Origin: Psammoneis japonica
Lineage: Eukaryota
Reading direction: 5' to 3'
Assembly: GCA_008632985.1 (NCBI GenBank)
Contig: QPGO01000051.1
Coordinates: 1 to 64,000, forward strand
Length of the DNA: 64,000 nucleotides
Positions within the stretch are counted from its first letter, which is position 1. The number at the start of each line of letters is the position of its first letter. Under the pieces are notes generated by a model, which had not been told where the DNA came from, did no database searches, and was given only the letters and a program-made list of their open reading frames with translations. Shown here one piece after another: positions 47,590 to 60,899 of the stretch. The translations under genes and the position numbers were made by a program.

Positions 47590-50500
47590 GTGATGAATTG
47601 TGGACAAGAACAACTCTCCAAGACCAATGCTTGCAGTGCCGGTCAGCACCTCCTCAACATCATCAAACCGCTCCTCGCCAGCATTAAACTCCAATTTCAC
47701 AGCATGGGTGCTGTCAAAACCAGGACACTTCTTCGTGCGAGTGGGGTGCCACCACCACCACCATGTGATTGAGTCAGCTTCATGCTCTCAAAGTCAGAGG
47801 AATCAAGTTTTGCCCAGCTGTCAATGCAGGGTTCTTTCAACGATCCAATCATCAAAAAATTGAGCACAATTGTGCAACACAGTCCTTTCCAAGGACTCCA
47901 TCTTGTTCTCCAACTCATCCTGCAGGAGGGATTCGCTCCAGTCTCCATCCCGCTCTTCTGATGACTGCAACTGCAGCGCAAGGTCAAACAAGACAATCAC
48001 TTGAAAGACAAAAAAGAACTGCTGTTGTTTGCCTGGAAGTTGTCAACACAAGCTTCAAACTTGCAACTGTTCTTGCAAACCAGATGGTTCACTCCAAAGA
48101 ATGAGACAAGCTGAAAAATGAGCGAGATTGGCAACAATCTGATCTGAGCACAAAGAGTCACCAAATCCACCACGTCATGATCTTCAACATCTTCTCTTCA
48201 ACACATTGGTCTCTCTTGAGGTCTGACATTCCCTTGGTTGCCTCTTTGCAGTCATCCTTCAAATCGGCAAAAAGCTGGCGTGCACCGTCCATTGTCAGAG
48301 CAGCTGATCATGTTGTCAAACAAGTGTGTCACACCATGAACACCCACTTTTCACAAAACACTCCACACAATCATGACAGAGTCTCTCTTTCTTGTCCTCA
48401 CTTCCCCAACCCCAGACCAGATCCATTGTCAAACCATTGATTGCTTTGGGAGTCAAGTCAAAGAGCTTCTTTTCTCTGCAGCACGACCACTCGCACGACT
48501 TCCATGCAGTCAGGTGAAAATTCACAGTGGAAGAATGACGCTGACTTCTTTGCATCACAAATGATGCTGTCATCATCCCTCATGAGTCCATGATGAGTCA
48601 TGATGATGTCAAGATTGGGGCTCTTGACAAGTGTTGTGAGGAGGGGGGTGCCTCATGCCCCACTCTTGTCCATGCCACATGGATGCAGACAAACATTTGA
48701 CTTGCCATGCTGGTCTTGAATGTCACTCTTGCTCAGGAGGGCCAACTGCAACTTGTTGCCCAATGATCTGGAAATGCACCTGTCCTTGATGCACTCTCCA
48801 TCACCAGGCAGCTGTGGACAATGGTGTGCCACACACCTTGCCTTGAGGCTCAGCTTCCAACAATTTGCCAATGTTCTTCTTTTTGGTCTTGGGAGCTTCA
48901 TTGGCCAATCTCTTAATTTCACACATGTGTCTCCAATCGTTGCAGTGGAGAACATTGGTGCAGCAGTGGACACATGCTCCACTGTCTCAGAGCTCCATTG
49001 TGCCATTTCTCCATGCACTTGCATCAACAACTTGTGTCCAATGTCACATTTGGGTCTTCTGCCCTCATTTCCTTGATGGAGTCCAACACCTGCTGCAAAT
49101 CCAGGGTGTCTTGGTGGAGGTGTGGATTGAGAGTCAGTGTCTTCCAGCTTCCAGTCACTCTTGTTCCACCTCTTCAGCTCTTCCATCACTGCTCTGCAAT
49201 CTTCAACCACTGTTTCTTACATTCTTGGGTTGCTCAGACCTGGGAGTCTCTCTTGACAAACTGGCCAACAGCTCAGTGGCCATGCCTTTGTGACATCGTG
49301 TCACAACACATGCAGAGCTCACATGAATCATTGTTGAAGTGGTTGATGTTCATTTGCAGCCACAGATTGTGGCTGGATGACCCATTCAGTTCAGTGCCCT
49401 GCTTGCCAGGTTGCAGAGGGATTTTTCACCCACATGTGTCAGAGTTCTTGTCTGATGACATAAAGAACAGGAAATGCTCCTTCCATGTGCAAAGTTGACA
49501 ACCCATGCAATGGCTTGTTTGAACTTTCAAAACTTTTTGCCTCGCAGTGGCTCAGTCATCAAGTCTCCAAGCACGTCATCAGCAGGACAGGCCCAGCATT
49601 GCACTCTTAGATTGCCTTCTTCATCTGGTTGGCAACAAAGAAATGCTGAATGCCGAGTGCTCTCAACCACTTCTTGCTGGCACTTTTGCTCCCATGGCTC
49701 CAACAACTTGGACTTAAAGGACTTGTTTGCCTTTTTCCAGGTTCACACATTGCCTGCACAGGTTGGGATCAATGCTCACCAGCATGTCAACCAACACTCC
49801 TGTGATCTTTGCCACAATCCATCTGGCCATTGTCTGCATGGGTGCATTTGGCACATCTGTGCTCATGACATTGCACTTGGCATCAACAATTGCCATCACA
49901 AATGTCCCTTCTGAGGATGCTGGTGGGGTGGCTGACTCATTTTTGCCTGGCCATTCTTGAGTTGGTTTCCCACCGCAACCCATTCTTTGCCCTTTGGTGC
50001 AACCATCATGTTTCTTGACTGGGAACATCAAGGCTGCTGTCGCCTTGGTCCTTTTAGTCAGAGTCATGTCCTTGACTGATGCTGGTGCAAAGCACACTTG
50101 GTCATGCAGTCATGTTTCATTTCTTTCGCTGAGGTGTCATGCCCCCTCTGGCCAAAGAATGCTTTGAGGCCTTCACGCAGCAGATGCTGCTGGGCAAATG
50201 AAATGCCCTCACCTGGTCAGAGTTGGCAGTCAGTCTTGCACACAAAGGGTGCCATTTCCACTGCTGTCTCCACATCACAGTTGACACCATCCTCTTGATT
50301 GGGGCTCAAGTTTGTTTTTTAAATGACGGCAGTGCTTGAGCTTGTTTTGCTCTTGTTGAACTTTGTTTTCTTTGTGCTTGCTTGATTTCATGTTCAAGAA
50401 GGATGATGCAGCACAGCTTGTGCTGCTCCTGCTTGCTCAGCCAGGCATGTCACTTGTCTCTTTCCCATCTGTTGTCTTCATTGGGTTGGTCAGCATCTTG

Positions 50501-53500
50501 TGATGCTGCAGCTTTTTTTGTGTTCCTCATCAACATCTTGATGATCTTCATTTTCTTCATTTCCACAGTCTCTGTCTTGTGCTTCTTGATTGCTGTGCTG
50601 TTGACTGGGACTGAACAATTTCTTCCACAGCCAGAATCTCATTTGCTTCTGCATGCTCATCATTGCTTTGAGTCTGCTTCTTTTTTGTGATCTTCATCAT
50701 CAGACTCGGTCACACAGTTGACATTGTTGTGATCATCTTTGCAACTGCCCTCCTTTCTGTTGCTTTCATTGCTGTCACTTTTGTGGTTGTCTGCTCCTGC
50801 AGTCCACTCAGCATCTTGTGGATTGTCTCAACATTTGCACGTGAATTTAAATTCCTTGAGATGCCTTGTTGTTTGATGGCCATCCTCTCAACTGCCTGCA
50901 CATGCACATCAGTCAGGGGTGCAAGGTGCACTTGCAGGGTTTCAACAGCTTGCCCATGCGCAGGTTCACAGCACAGTGTCCACCCTTGGGCAGATCAAAA
51001 TGTGGTTGCAGGCACATGCTGTCAACACCACGTGCATCCACAGTGTTTGTCAGGTTGTTCTCAATGCATGAGAAATCACAAATTTCCCAAACTGCTGAGC
51101 TGGAAGTGTTTGCAGTGATTGTTCCTTCATTGCACAACAGTGTGTGGAATGTGAGTGTCAGAAATCCCTTCATTCTTTGAGCACATGTTTGCACATGGCA
51201 GCATTCTTGATGACAGCTTGCTTGCACCACATCAACTTGGGTGTCATCTTGCATGGCACATGGTGTGTGGTGGCTTGAGTTTGCTCCTTGATGATCTGCA
51301 TGCTCAGCTCAACTTCAAGCACATGGTCTTTTGCATCATGGAAATCAGTTCCAGATTTCTTGAACTCAGAATCACACTCAACAAAGTCAATCTGCTTGAA
51401 CAGGGCTGTGTTGTTCTGTTGGAGAATCATGTCCAGCACTTCATGAATGTCATCATGTTTCTTGGACCTCAGTCTCATTCTTGATTGGCACTTGATTGTC
51501 TTGTCCCCATGCTTCCATGGTGTCAATGCAGAGGATCATGACTTTTTCTGCTTCTCGCATGTCTCAGGTGGTGTGACCATCATGCTGTTCCTCTCATGGG
51601 AATGGCACCATGCATGCTTGGCCTTGCCTTTTGCTGCACGTCTGTTGGTGGACCCAAAATGGCTCCCATCCTGTCCACCCCATCTCCCAGGCATGGTGCA
51701 GCACTTGTCCAAGGTGTCCACTCCTGTGCTGGTGGATGGCACAACCTTGACCTTCGTCAGATGCACATTGTTCACTGGTCTCTGGCTTGCTGCCATGCTG
51801 AGGGTTGTAGAGCCATTGGCAAGGATGAGTTCATCTGACTCAGTTCCCACACTGGCTTGGCTCAGGATCATCTCTGGACTCTCTCTTCATCCAGCTGGCA
51901 TCTGTGCCATGTGCACTTCTTGCTGCTTTGGCTTTGGCTTGATCTGTCAGATCTGGCAGCATCAGTGCTTGCACTGTTGCTGTCCATGGATGAGTTGTCT
52001 TCATCTTGTGTCAGTGGATGACTCTGTCCCTTGGCACCCAGTTTCTTCCTCTGGTGTTCCTGAGCCATTCATTGTGCACAATCTTGTTCTTGCACTTGCA
52101 GCCAGGGGACTTGTGGTTCAGCTCACCACAGGAGCAGCAGCACACCACATGGTTGTCTTGGTTGCCTGTCTGTGCATGACTTCAGTCAGTTCTTCATGTT
52201 GTTGGACCCATCATCACTTCTCTTGTGGCTGTCTCATTCCTGTTGTTTGAGCGCGCATTGCTCCTCTTGCCATGACATTTTCAAAGATTGTCATCTTTTG
52301 GATGATCCAGCAGTGCATCCATTGCCTTGTCTGGGGTCTTTGGATGCACGTCCTTCCCCAGGCTGCAATCTCTCATAAAACTCTTCTTCAAGCTCTTGTG
52401 AAAGCAATCATTGCTGTTCTCCACAAACTGCTCTTCTCCATGAATGGGTGCATCATTCATGCCTTGTGCGCGCTGCTGCCTTTGGGTCAAACTGGACAAC
52501 TTGATGTGCTCAATGAACCCATCCAGCATTTTTCTTCCCAGACTGTCACTTGTGGCAACTCACTTTTTGTTCTTTTGAATCTTGACAGGTGGTCATTCAG
52601 TGATTTGCACTCTTGTTGTTTCACTTCCAGCATGTGCTTCAGCAAGTCAAACAAAAGGAGGGGCTGATTCATCTTGAGCAGTGTCTCTGCCAGATCATCA
52701 TCCCCCCCAATGCTTGAGTGATTGGGGTTGCCTTGCACTCTCTGCTTCATCAGCTTGGCAAAGCAGTCATCCAGGATCTTGGTGAATGCAGCAATCTTGT
52801 TCTCTTTGAGCTTTTTCACTTTTTTGTTGTGGTCATGGAGCTTGATCTTGCGCTGGTGTTCCAGCTCTTTTTCTTCTTGATGTCTCATCCACATCTCAGT
52901 GTGCGGCAGTCTGTCTTTGATTTGTTGGTTGGCAACTCTGACTTGTGTGCATCTGATGCAGGTTTCTTTTCAATGAAATCTTTGCACTTCACATCTTCTA
53001 AGGATCTTGCCAGATGCAAACCTTGGTCACATTCCTTTTGAATGCAACTGACAACCTTTGCCTTCATCCTTGATGCCTCCACATGTTGAACTGTGAGCAT
53101 TGCTGTTTGAAGTGACAACCAACTTCATCTCAGTCAGGCTGAAAGCTTTTCTTCAGGTTGGTCTTGTTGTTGTTGTTGGAAGACTTGTGACCTCTGTCAC
53201 CTCTGCCTTGGTTGCATTGTTGGCCTCTGCCACTTGCTCTGCATCCTCCTTTGCTGCTCACAATGCAGAGTTTGAACATTGGATGAAACTGTGTGAAGGC
53301 AGTTGAAACAAGTGCCAGATGATGTGCTTGTGACTCTTTGGAGCAAATGTCAAACCAGCAAGTCCTTGTTGTCAAAAGGAAGTCCCACAAGGCTTCCTGT
53401 GCTGCTGGTTGCACTTGCTCTCACTGGCTGCTTTGGTGGCTGTGATTTGTCTGGAAGTCATCAACACAAACTTCAAACTGCCTCACAACATGACAGGTGC

Positions 53501-55340
53501 CCACAAGTGATGCAAAATGCAATTCTCACAAACCAAATGACTCACTCCAAAGAGCAACACAAACTGCTGAAAGGTGAGTGCTGAGATCAGTTGCAACACA
53601 ATCCAAATGCAAGCAGTTGTGATCTGGGTGCTCCAACACAAACACAAATGCATGCACAGGCACATTTGACTCAAAGCTCTGGAAGAAAGAGCTGGGCTTT
53701 GACCTGCTCTTTTGCGCAAGAGAGGAGGTTTGGTCTTGCAAGCACACAAGTGATGTGCACTGCCCGTGGCACTCAATCTTTGAAGCTTTGCAGCTTCAAC
53801 AACCAAACTTTTTTGGTGGTTGGTTTGCACCTGATGTCAGCCTTCACTGCAAGCCCACAAATCATGAGTCAACAACCTCATGTCCAGGTGCTGTGATGGC
53901 CTGTCAACATGGGCTGAATTTGAGTTGAAAATGGAAGGTCATCTTTCTTGTGCAAGCCATGGAGTGAGGGCACATTGTGCTGAACAAAGCAAAATTTTCT
54001 CATGCGCAATCACAATTTTGAAAGCACCTGCACCTTGCACAACAAAAATCAAGCTTTTTGTCATTTTTCAGATTCGCCAAAAAAGTGCTGACACAACCAA
54101 AATTGTCCCACGCAGTTGTGTGCTTTTGTCATTTCAAAATCCTTTGACATTGCCATGACATCATCAAGCAGCTGAATTGAAAAGTTTGCCCCAAGAAATG
54201 GCTGATGCTCACAGCACTGGCTGCATGCAGTGCCAGCATGCCAAGTTTCAAGAAAGTGGGATGGGGTCAACTGTGCCAAACAGGGAGCAGCAACACTGCC
54301 CACAAGTCATTTGATTTGCACAAAGGAAAAGAGGCAAATGATTTGAAAGGTGGCTCCTCCAGTCAAATGCTTGATCGCAGCCACACAAAATGCTCATGCT
54401 GTCATTTTCTCGGTTTGTGTCATTGGAAATTCTAACTGTTTCTGTGTCACCCACATGACACCCAAACGCTTCCTCTTAAAGTGTGCTCTTGTTTTGCATT
54501 TTTGTCAATGACACATCAGTTGTGCATGGCTCTAAAGATTTTTCTAACAAAATGTTTTACAAAAAGCAGCTTGTCAGCTGCAAAGCAGCAAACACGTGTG
54601 TTTGCAATTGCAAAATGCCAATTGCATTTGCCAACAAACCAGTTTGCAAACTGCTTTGCAAATGAGCACAAAGCAAGTGTGCACACCCCACACAGCTTCC
54701 CCCTGTCAGGGGAAGCAGAGGGGGTGCTGGCCTGCACTGAGGTGTGACAAAAAATTTTTTGAATGAAGAGCACAAAACAGCCCCACTCTGCCATCATGTG
54801 TTGTCCATTGTGAGATTTGTGTGCATTTGAAGTGCAAGCCATTCAAGCTCAAATGTGAACCCTGTTTGCAAACTTCCATGGCAAACTGCAAACACTGGTT
54901 GTGCACAATGCACCAAATGAAATCTCCAGTGTGGGCCAATCTTCCAAGGGCCCAGCTGCTGCACTTGAAGCCCATGCCATCAGCACCTTGGCGTGAGCAT
55001 GTTTCTTTTGCCCAAGAAACAAGTCTGCAACACAGGTGGGCAATGAGCCACTTGCCATCAAGAGACAACAGAGATGCACAGACCATTGTCAACCTGTTGT
55101 TGCTTGTGGGATTTTTTGGATGCTTGGTTTCATTCAAAAGGGAGTGAAGAACACACCACGGTGCCATGATGAAGAAAGCAGATTGCAGCAGAGTGGGGCA
55201 GATGTAGACAGGAAACCATCAGCTGTTGTTCATCCTTGGGGTTCATCGGTGAACAACACACATGGTTTTCTGTACATGACATGTGACACCATGAGAGATG
55301 TTGCATCATTTTCTGGCACAAAAGCTGTGGAATGTGTGAT
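47590..55340. other. TpA/CpG-depleted hypermutated domain 3 (most saturated)
   Basis: Roughly 20 TA by eye in ~7.7 kb, very few CG; normal composition resumes at ~55340-55440. Confidence 0.92.
49490..53260 (-). mobile_element. Decayed diatom-type Ty1/copia retrotransposon body (gag-PR-IN-RT-RH), internally deleted
   Basis: Gag-like KENKIAAFTKILDDCFAKLMKQRVQGNPNH; integrase-like IDFVECDSEF and DSMCLQP...GGHCAVNLRMGK; RT KKHDGCTKG...GKPTQEW...SATP...IVDAKCNVMSTDVPNA; RNase H end ...LGDLMTEPLRGKKF. Order is copia-type; LTRs not identified. Confidence 0.85.
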
Positions 55341-55621
55341 TCTACAAAATACAAGAGTCACGGAATTCCACGGAGAATTCGTCGGTGAACAATGCGCATG
55401 CTAACTCTAGTGTTTGTCTAAAAGGTCACACAATGTATGTACCGAAACCTTGAAGAGCCATCGTCATTCAATGGATGCCGAATGAGACTGACTCGTTGTG
55501 ACGATGCAGGATCCGCAGATGAAGGAGAAGCCATGCGATCGACAAGAGTATTGAGTCGGTGTTGTCGCTACCATATGTTGCAACATGTATATTCCTTACT
55601 ATTCACCTTGCCTACTGTGCT

Positions 55622-56963
55622 CTAGTATACAAAGTCTAGTTCATCGGCAGGATGAAGCGGATCCTCTTGACATTGACTGTATCGACAAGCATTCCATACC
55701 CACAAGTTGGCACCTGTAGGAAACAAACGGGACAACAAAGAAATAATGCATAAGTTACTGAAACAACACATCCGACTCGAGTTGCAAACAAAACCACTTA
55801 CCCCACTTGGTTCCCTTGAGAACCGGTCCAGCTCCATGAATAGACAGGGGATCCAACCTGCCGTCGGGCGTCTGACTGTAAAACAGCACCGCGTCTCCCT
55901 TTTTCGGTTTGACGGAAAACTTATTGTAACAATCCCTCGTCAGCCTTGCTTCCCACGAGTCCTCCTTGAGATTGGCTTTCTTGATTAACTCTTCCAACTC
56001 TTCGGCAGGCGGCGGCTCGGCCCCACCGAGGCGTTCGGCCAATTCCAGGGGTTCCTTGAGACGCGGAGCTCGGGGAAAGCATGTTTGACCACCGTGTTCG
56101 GGAGAACTGAGATACAAAAAGACCGTGGCAAAGCGATTGGAACCGCCCTTGGCGGGGTCCCAATTATGATCGGTCGACTGATAGGCCGGAAAGTAATCTT
56201 CGTGAGCGACATAGGCTTGTCCCAATTCATACCTCAAGACTTGAATCCCATCCGCCAGGCTTGGTTCAAAACGGGGCATGCGGAGCAATTCAAAAGATCG
56301 CAGTTTAATAGCATGTGCCGTGGGTGTCGAAATATCAAACGCATTCATACTAGTCCTTGTTTTCAAAACGTCATCGCGTCCGCCTTGGTTCCAACTCTTG
56401 TGTGTCCCTCCCGTCGATTGCGCCATTTTGTACGGATTCTCTTCTGCCGTGGCATATTCAATAAGAGCGTCGGTTTCCTCGTCCGTCATGAAATCGTGAA
56501 CATAAAAGGCCCGAGGCGAGTGATTCAAGACTTCCAATTCAATGGGTTTCTTGGTCTTGGGGGAAATGACTCCGGTAACAATGCGGTGCCCCGGCTTAAA
56601 GGCTGGATACACAAAGTGCGTTCCCGGACGAGTCGGGCCTTCAAACAAAACGTCTGTTGTAATGTTGGAAAGGTCCTGTTTAAAGCCCTGTTCGTTGTAA
56701 TACGACTTATCAGGATCCAACTCGGACAAATTCATAACTTTTCCGTCCTTGCCGGTACCATCGCCGCCGCCATTGGGAAACACAGTGACTGTCTGTGACG
56801 GACATGATTCAGATTCGTCAGAGCAAGAAGAAGTCGTTTCAGTCGCTAGAGACAGAGGCAGAACTGCAAGTAGCAAGCTTAGAGGCAACATGTTGATACG
56901 GTCAGCAGCCTGAGACAGCGGCAGCGCCGCGAGCAACAAGGAGAGACGCATCTTCACGGTCAT
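55622..56963 (-). CDS. Prolyl 4-hydroxylase alpha-like 2OG-Fe(II) dioxygenase; intron 55714-55801
   Basis: PRAFYVHDFMT, RTS, IQVLRYELGQAYVAHEDYF, NRFATVFLYLS, GGQTCFP, KPKKGDAVLFYS, SIHGAGPVLKGTKW|GANLWVWN; signal peptide. Confidence 0.92.
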
Positions 56964-57269
56964 TGTCGCTCCACAAAATGAGAACTGTTGCGTTGAATCG
57001 AAGCGATCTTTTCGCTGATGGCTTGCAGGTTGCAGTGGGAACATTGATTTGCAAAATACCTGAAGATGTTGAATAAAACAAAAATTATTTGAATATTAGC
57101 CCTTGAAGATTATATTAAAATATCAAAAATTCGGTCTTGCATGCGCCCCACATCCCAGTCGCTCTACGCTCTCAGAATATATAAAAAAAATGAGGTCGAC
57201 CATGGCGACATTGCGCTCGTTATTTTATGAACCTGATGCGCTCTGTCACAAGGGAACAAATAATCACAA

Positions 57270-58262
57270 ATGAGATTATGTAGGACCCGACGGGAGCTCT
57301 GTCGAATCGTACTCCTGTCGAGTTTTGTGTTGGGGCTGTGGTGTTATGACATTGCATTTCTCCGTCAGCAGCAACGACCCTCTTTTGCGATAAAGTTTTC
57401 CTCCAACAAGAAGAGAAAACGTTTGCCATCCTTTTCCGACAGAGGCGGTGTCGTGTTGTTTTGGCATGTTGTCAAGACGGGTGGTGTTACCGTCCGAAAA
57501 TCCTTTTATGAATTCCAAAAGCTCAACAAAAACATTGTCGTGGAACGTTCTTGGGTAAAGCGCGACTATGGAAAAGTTGCAAATCAAGTCTACGACTATT
57601 ACTTGAAACCTTCGAATCCAAATGAAATCTTGCTATGGGAACTCCACGGACCTGATGTTCCTGGTATTGTTGACATGAAGCGTGATTTGAGAAAATGGAA
57701 GTCCTTGGCTCGCAAGCACAACAAGGCCTTCTTTTCCTTTACGCTGTTGCGAGAACCCGTTTCGTTGGCTGTAAGCTATTACAATTTTTTTCACGTTGTT
57801 CCAAAACGCAACGTGTATTTCAATGAGACGAATGACGCTAGAATCAAACGACAAGAGGCAGAGCTACTGAATATTACAATTCCAAATCGACAGTGTACCG
57901 CTCTCAGTGGCCGAGGTGGCATGGGAACTCATATCCGACCTCCGCTCCCAGCCGCAGAGGAGACACGTTCTTGTCAAGCGACATTTACAACACTTGACCA
58001 GGAGTTTGATTGGATTGGTGTCACATCCAGATTGACCAATGAAACGTTGCCGCTGCTGACGAAGATGCTCTTTGACAATGCTTCACTCGCAGACACGCTC
58101 CAGTCTTACAATGTTCTAGACACGGGGCAGTCAATGCTGAAAACAAACGACTTGAAGCCGTCTACAATAGAATGGATACGATCTATTTCGAATCATGATT
58201 TGGAAATGTGGAGACGCGTTCAAAGAGACTATACGTCGAACATGTGGGATGACAGCAGTTGA
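57270..58262 (+). CDS. Golgi-type sulfotransferase-like protein
   Basis: Type II anchor; FWHVVKTGGVTV (5'-PSB), FTLLREPVSLAVSYYNF (3'-PB), FDWIGVT. Confidence 0.8.
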   Translation: MRLCRTRRELCRIVLLSSFVLGLWCYDIAFLRQQQRPSFAIKFSSNKKRKRLPSFSDRGGVVLFWHVVKTGGVTVRKSFYEFQKLNKNIVVERSWVKRDYGKVANQVYDYYLKPSNPNEILLWELHGPDVPGIVDMKRDLRKWKSLARKHNKAFFSFTLLREPVSLAVSYYNFFHVVPKRNVYFNETNDARIKRQEAELLNITIPNRQCTALSGRGGMGTHIRPPLPAAEETRSCQATFTTLDQEFDWIGVTSRLTNETLPLLTKMLFDNASLADTLQSYNVLDTGQSMLKTNDLKPSTIEWIRSISNHDLEMWRRVQRDYTSNMWDDSS

Positions 58263-59465
58263 ACGCGAGAAGTTGCTGTCACAAGAAAAGCAAGCCTTTT
58301 CAAGTTTTCTCGGTTCTGCACAGTTTATTGTTTCCTCGTTATGAACGTATTGGTATTCTTCGGACTCGGCTAGAAGTTTTCCGTGTTACTGGTATTCCCA
58401 GAGCTCACAGCCCAGAACACCTGACTGGGCGGCGCTGGCAAAAGGAAAGTGCGATTTTGATTTATAGTCAGGCATCGGTACCTGTACGCCGAAAAAAACT
58501 CATACTTCATTATATGCATACTGTACAGACTTGCAAGACAGTGAATGCCATGGCCGTCCCTGCTTCCCCGCTAGAAACGAATGGCAGTCAGGTCTACGAC
58601 GGTCAACAACCGCCTACGAACAAAGAAAAAGCACTCGATCCTGAACTGATGCGCGCCTTTGAAGAGGTGTTGTGGGAAGATCTAGGGAGTTTTCACCAAG
58701 CCACCTAATGGCTTTGAGAATTGGAGTTGATTTTCAAAAATCGCATTCACGCTATCTTGCTTCAAAAACTTGAACAGTACATTGCTAGGATTGATACCTT
58801 ACGATGAAGTACGTCGAGGGATACGAGGAAGTCATCGTAGGTTTTCGTGGGACACTCGCAGAATCTGGTTGATGACAACAAGGGGTGTTGCAAGAAGCGA
58901 TTTCTGAGACTCCGGGAGTTTCTGATACTCACTTCAGTCCAGTCTTTTGAAGCCTGTCTTGGACTTTGCCGTTTCAATCGGTTGTCGAATGTGTACACAA
59001 AAAACTGACGAGAGATGAGTTGACGCTGCCGATTTTGTCAACGCGTTTGCCGCTCTCTTGTAAGCAAAAGACAGATTCCGGACTCAGTAATTATTGATGT
59101 GGATGGCACCTCTTTTGCGTGTATCGAAATTAATTCATCCGTAGAGATATGAATGAATCATGCGACCGCTTTGGCAGGATAAGGCGGTCGCGTCGGGAAA
59201 GCGCGGCAGCCAAGAATTGAAGAAATACTACCATGCATTTTCATTGGAATTAGAACATATTCTATTTTCCTGCCTCTATTAGCTACGGTAGCTAGGCGCA
59301 CTACATAGGCCGCATTGATGTCCGATCGGCCACATGAGTACTGTACGGTAGACCTAGCGCACAATCAGCACCGTGCTTCTACTGTATAGAGACTGAAGTA
59401 CTCAAACAAAGACGAATCAAGCTCGAATGAACCCCCCACCCTAAAACTCTCGAAGATTACACCCC

Positions 59466-60524
59466 TTACAACTCTTGAAGATTACCAAACATCTCGAATC
59501 CAGTTCCATGCCAGCATAGGGTCGTCTTTGTGCGAACTCGAAAGAAGCGATAAAACGAGTCTGTGCTTTGCACTTTCCAGAAGAATCGGTGTTCCCCCTC
59601 CAGCGCGTCAGTCGCAAACTGTTCTGCGGTATAATTCTTAGTACCGACAAAAGAATCTTCGTCCTCCGAAAACAATCGTTCAATTATGTACCACGTGTCA
59701 TGGTCGAGACCGCCCTCGTGCTCGTGAAGTGCCTTCCACTCCTTACCATCGGTCGATGCCTCAAAGACCCAGGGAGCTTTTAACCCCCTGCAACATTCAT
59801 GTCGAAGAGAGTAGTGTGTTGGACAGAGTGATGCATCTCTTAGCTCAACTATAGCTGTCCATCCATCATCTCCACCGTGGCATGGTGTGAAGCCAGGATG
59901 AGCAAGACCAATATCAATATCTTCTTCGGAAAGTGTTCCACACTGTGGACGATGCTGGACAAACATGGAGCGGCGCAACTCAGACCCAGCATTGTATCGC
60001 TCTCCCCTTTTTTCGTCGTCCTCTGTATCACATATCTCGTCGCACCATCCTCCAACATAGACCTTACCGCTCACGTGGGGATTACGGTATGTTTCGCGCC
60101 CGTAGTCGGTGCCGAGCATGTAGAGTGCACCACGACTCTGGGGATTCGGTGGGCATGGAAACATTGGCGGGTCCAACCTGCTGGCAAGGTCGTCCAAGGC
60201 GTAGAATTTGGCTTCATCGCGAAGCCTGTACCATAGGTCTTTGTTTTCACGGAACGGACGAGGCAGCATGTTGTCGATCTTGCCCGTTCTCAAGAACTCG
60301 AGAACGTACTTGAACAACTCAGGATCGCGGTCGATAAAATAAATCTTTCGTCCCCACTGGTCTTGTCCAACGACACCCCCAGGAGTCATGTCGTTTGTTG
60401 TGTTTCCAAAGCGAGCTGCAAAATACGAGCCATCAACGCGTGTGAGCGTCGAGAGGTATGTTTCAAAGTTTGATCCTCCGACTCGCAATACAACGATGGG
60501 ATCGTCACGACGGTCTTGACTCAT
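59466..60524 (-). CDS. KCTD-type BTB/POZ protein with C-terminal galactose-binding/F5-8-like domain
   Basis: LRVGGSNFETYLSTL, YFIDRDPELFKYVLEFLRTG, EAKFYAL; C-terminal PTHYSLRH...WVFEASTDGKEW...YRFFRV...GFEMFG. Confidence 0.88.
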   Translation of the reverse strand: MSQDRRDDPIVVLRVGGSNFETYLSTLTRVDGSYFAARFGNTTNDMTPGGVVGQDQWGRKIYFIDRDPELFKYVLEFLRTGKIDNMLPRPFRENKDLWYRLRDEAKFYALDDLASRLDPPMFPCPPNPQSRGALYMLGTDYGRETYRNPHVSGKVYVGGWCDEICDTEDDEKRGERYNAGSELRRSMFVQHRPQCGTLSEEDIDIGLAHPGFTPCHGGDDGWTAIVELRDASLCPTHYSLRHECCRGLKAPWVFEASTDGKEWKALHEHEGGLDHDTWYIIERLFSEDEDSFVGTKNYTAEQFATDALEGEHRFFWKVQSTDSFYRFFRVRTKTTLCWHGTGFEMFGNLQEL

Positions 60525-60899
60525 GATTTCAGAAACGATGCTGTTGGGAAGAACTCCAGGCAAAGGTGTATGAAGGGGATTGATATGTGTGAGAGTGTGT
60601 TGCTCGGTTGACTGAGTGAGGCGATCAGTTGAATTGCTCTTTTTCTCTCGAATGTGAATGTCATTGTCGACGGTAGCGGATGATGATGATGATTCTTCGC
60701 GATTCGCGATCTTTCATGAGGGGTCCCGGCCGAGATCCCGCAGTGGTGGTCTGTCTGTACGACATTCCTACACAAATTATGTGCTGACGTCTTTCCATAC
60801 GATCTAACTACAATACAATAAGATACGCGTCTGTCCTTGTCACAAGCACGATCTCAGATTATTTCAAGATTGAAGATGTTCCTCATTCTACCCCATTGT

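Noticed and set aside
47600..49450. LTR or gene identity for the copia flank (weak Tudor-like fragment near 48920-49060)
   Set aside because: No matching direct repeat found by eye at 53300-55300, and similarity is too weak to call.
47590..55340. Classical fungal RIP
   Set aside because: RIP creates TpA and AT-rich DNA; here TpA is lost and conserved Tyr positions read His/Cys.
56085..56798. 237-aa + strand ORF
   Set aside because: Antisense shadow of the P4H gene with no recognisable motifs.
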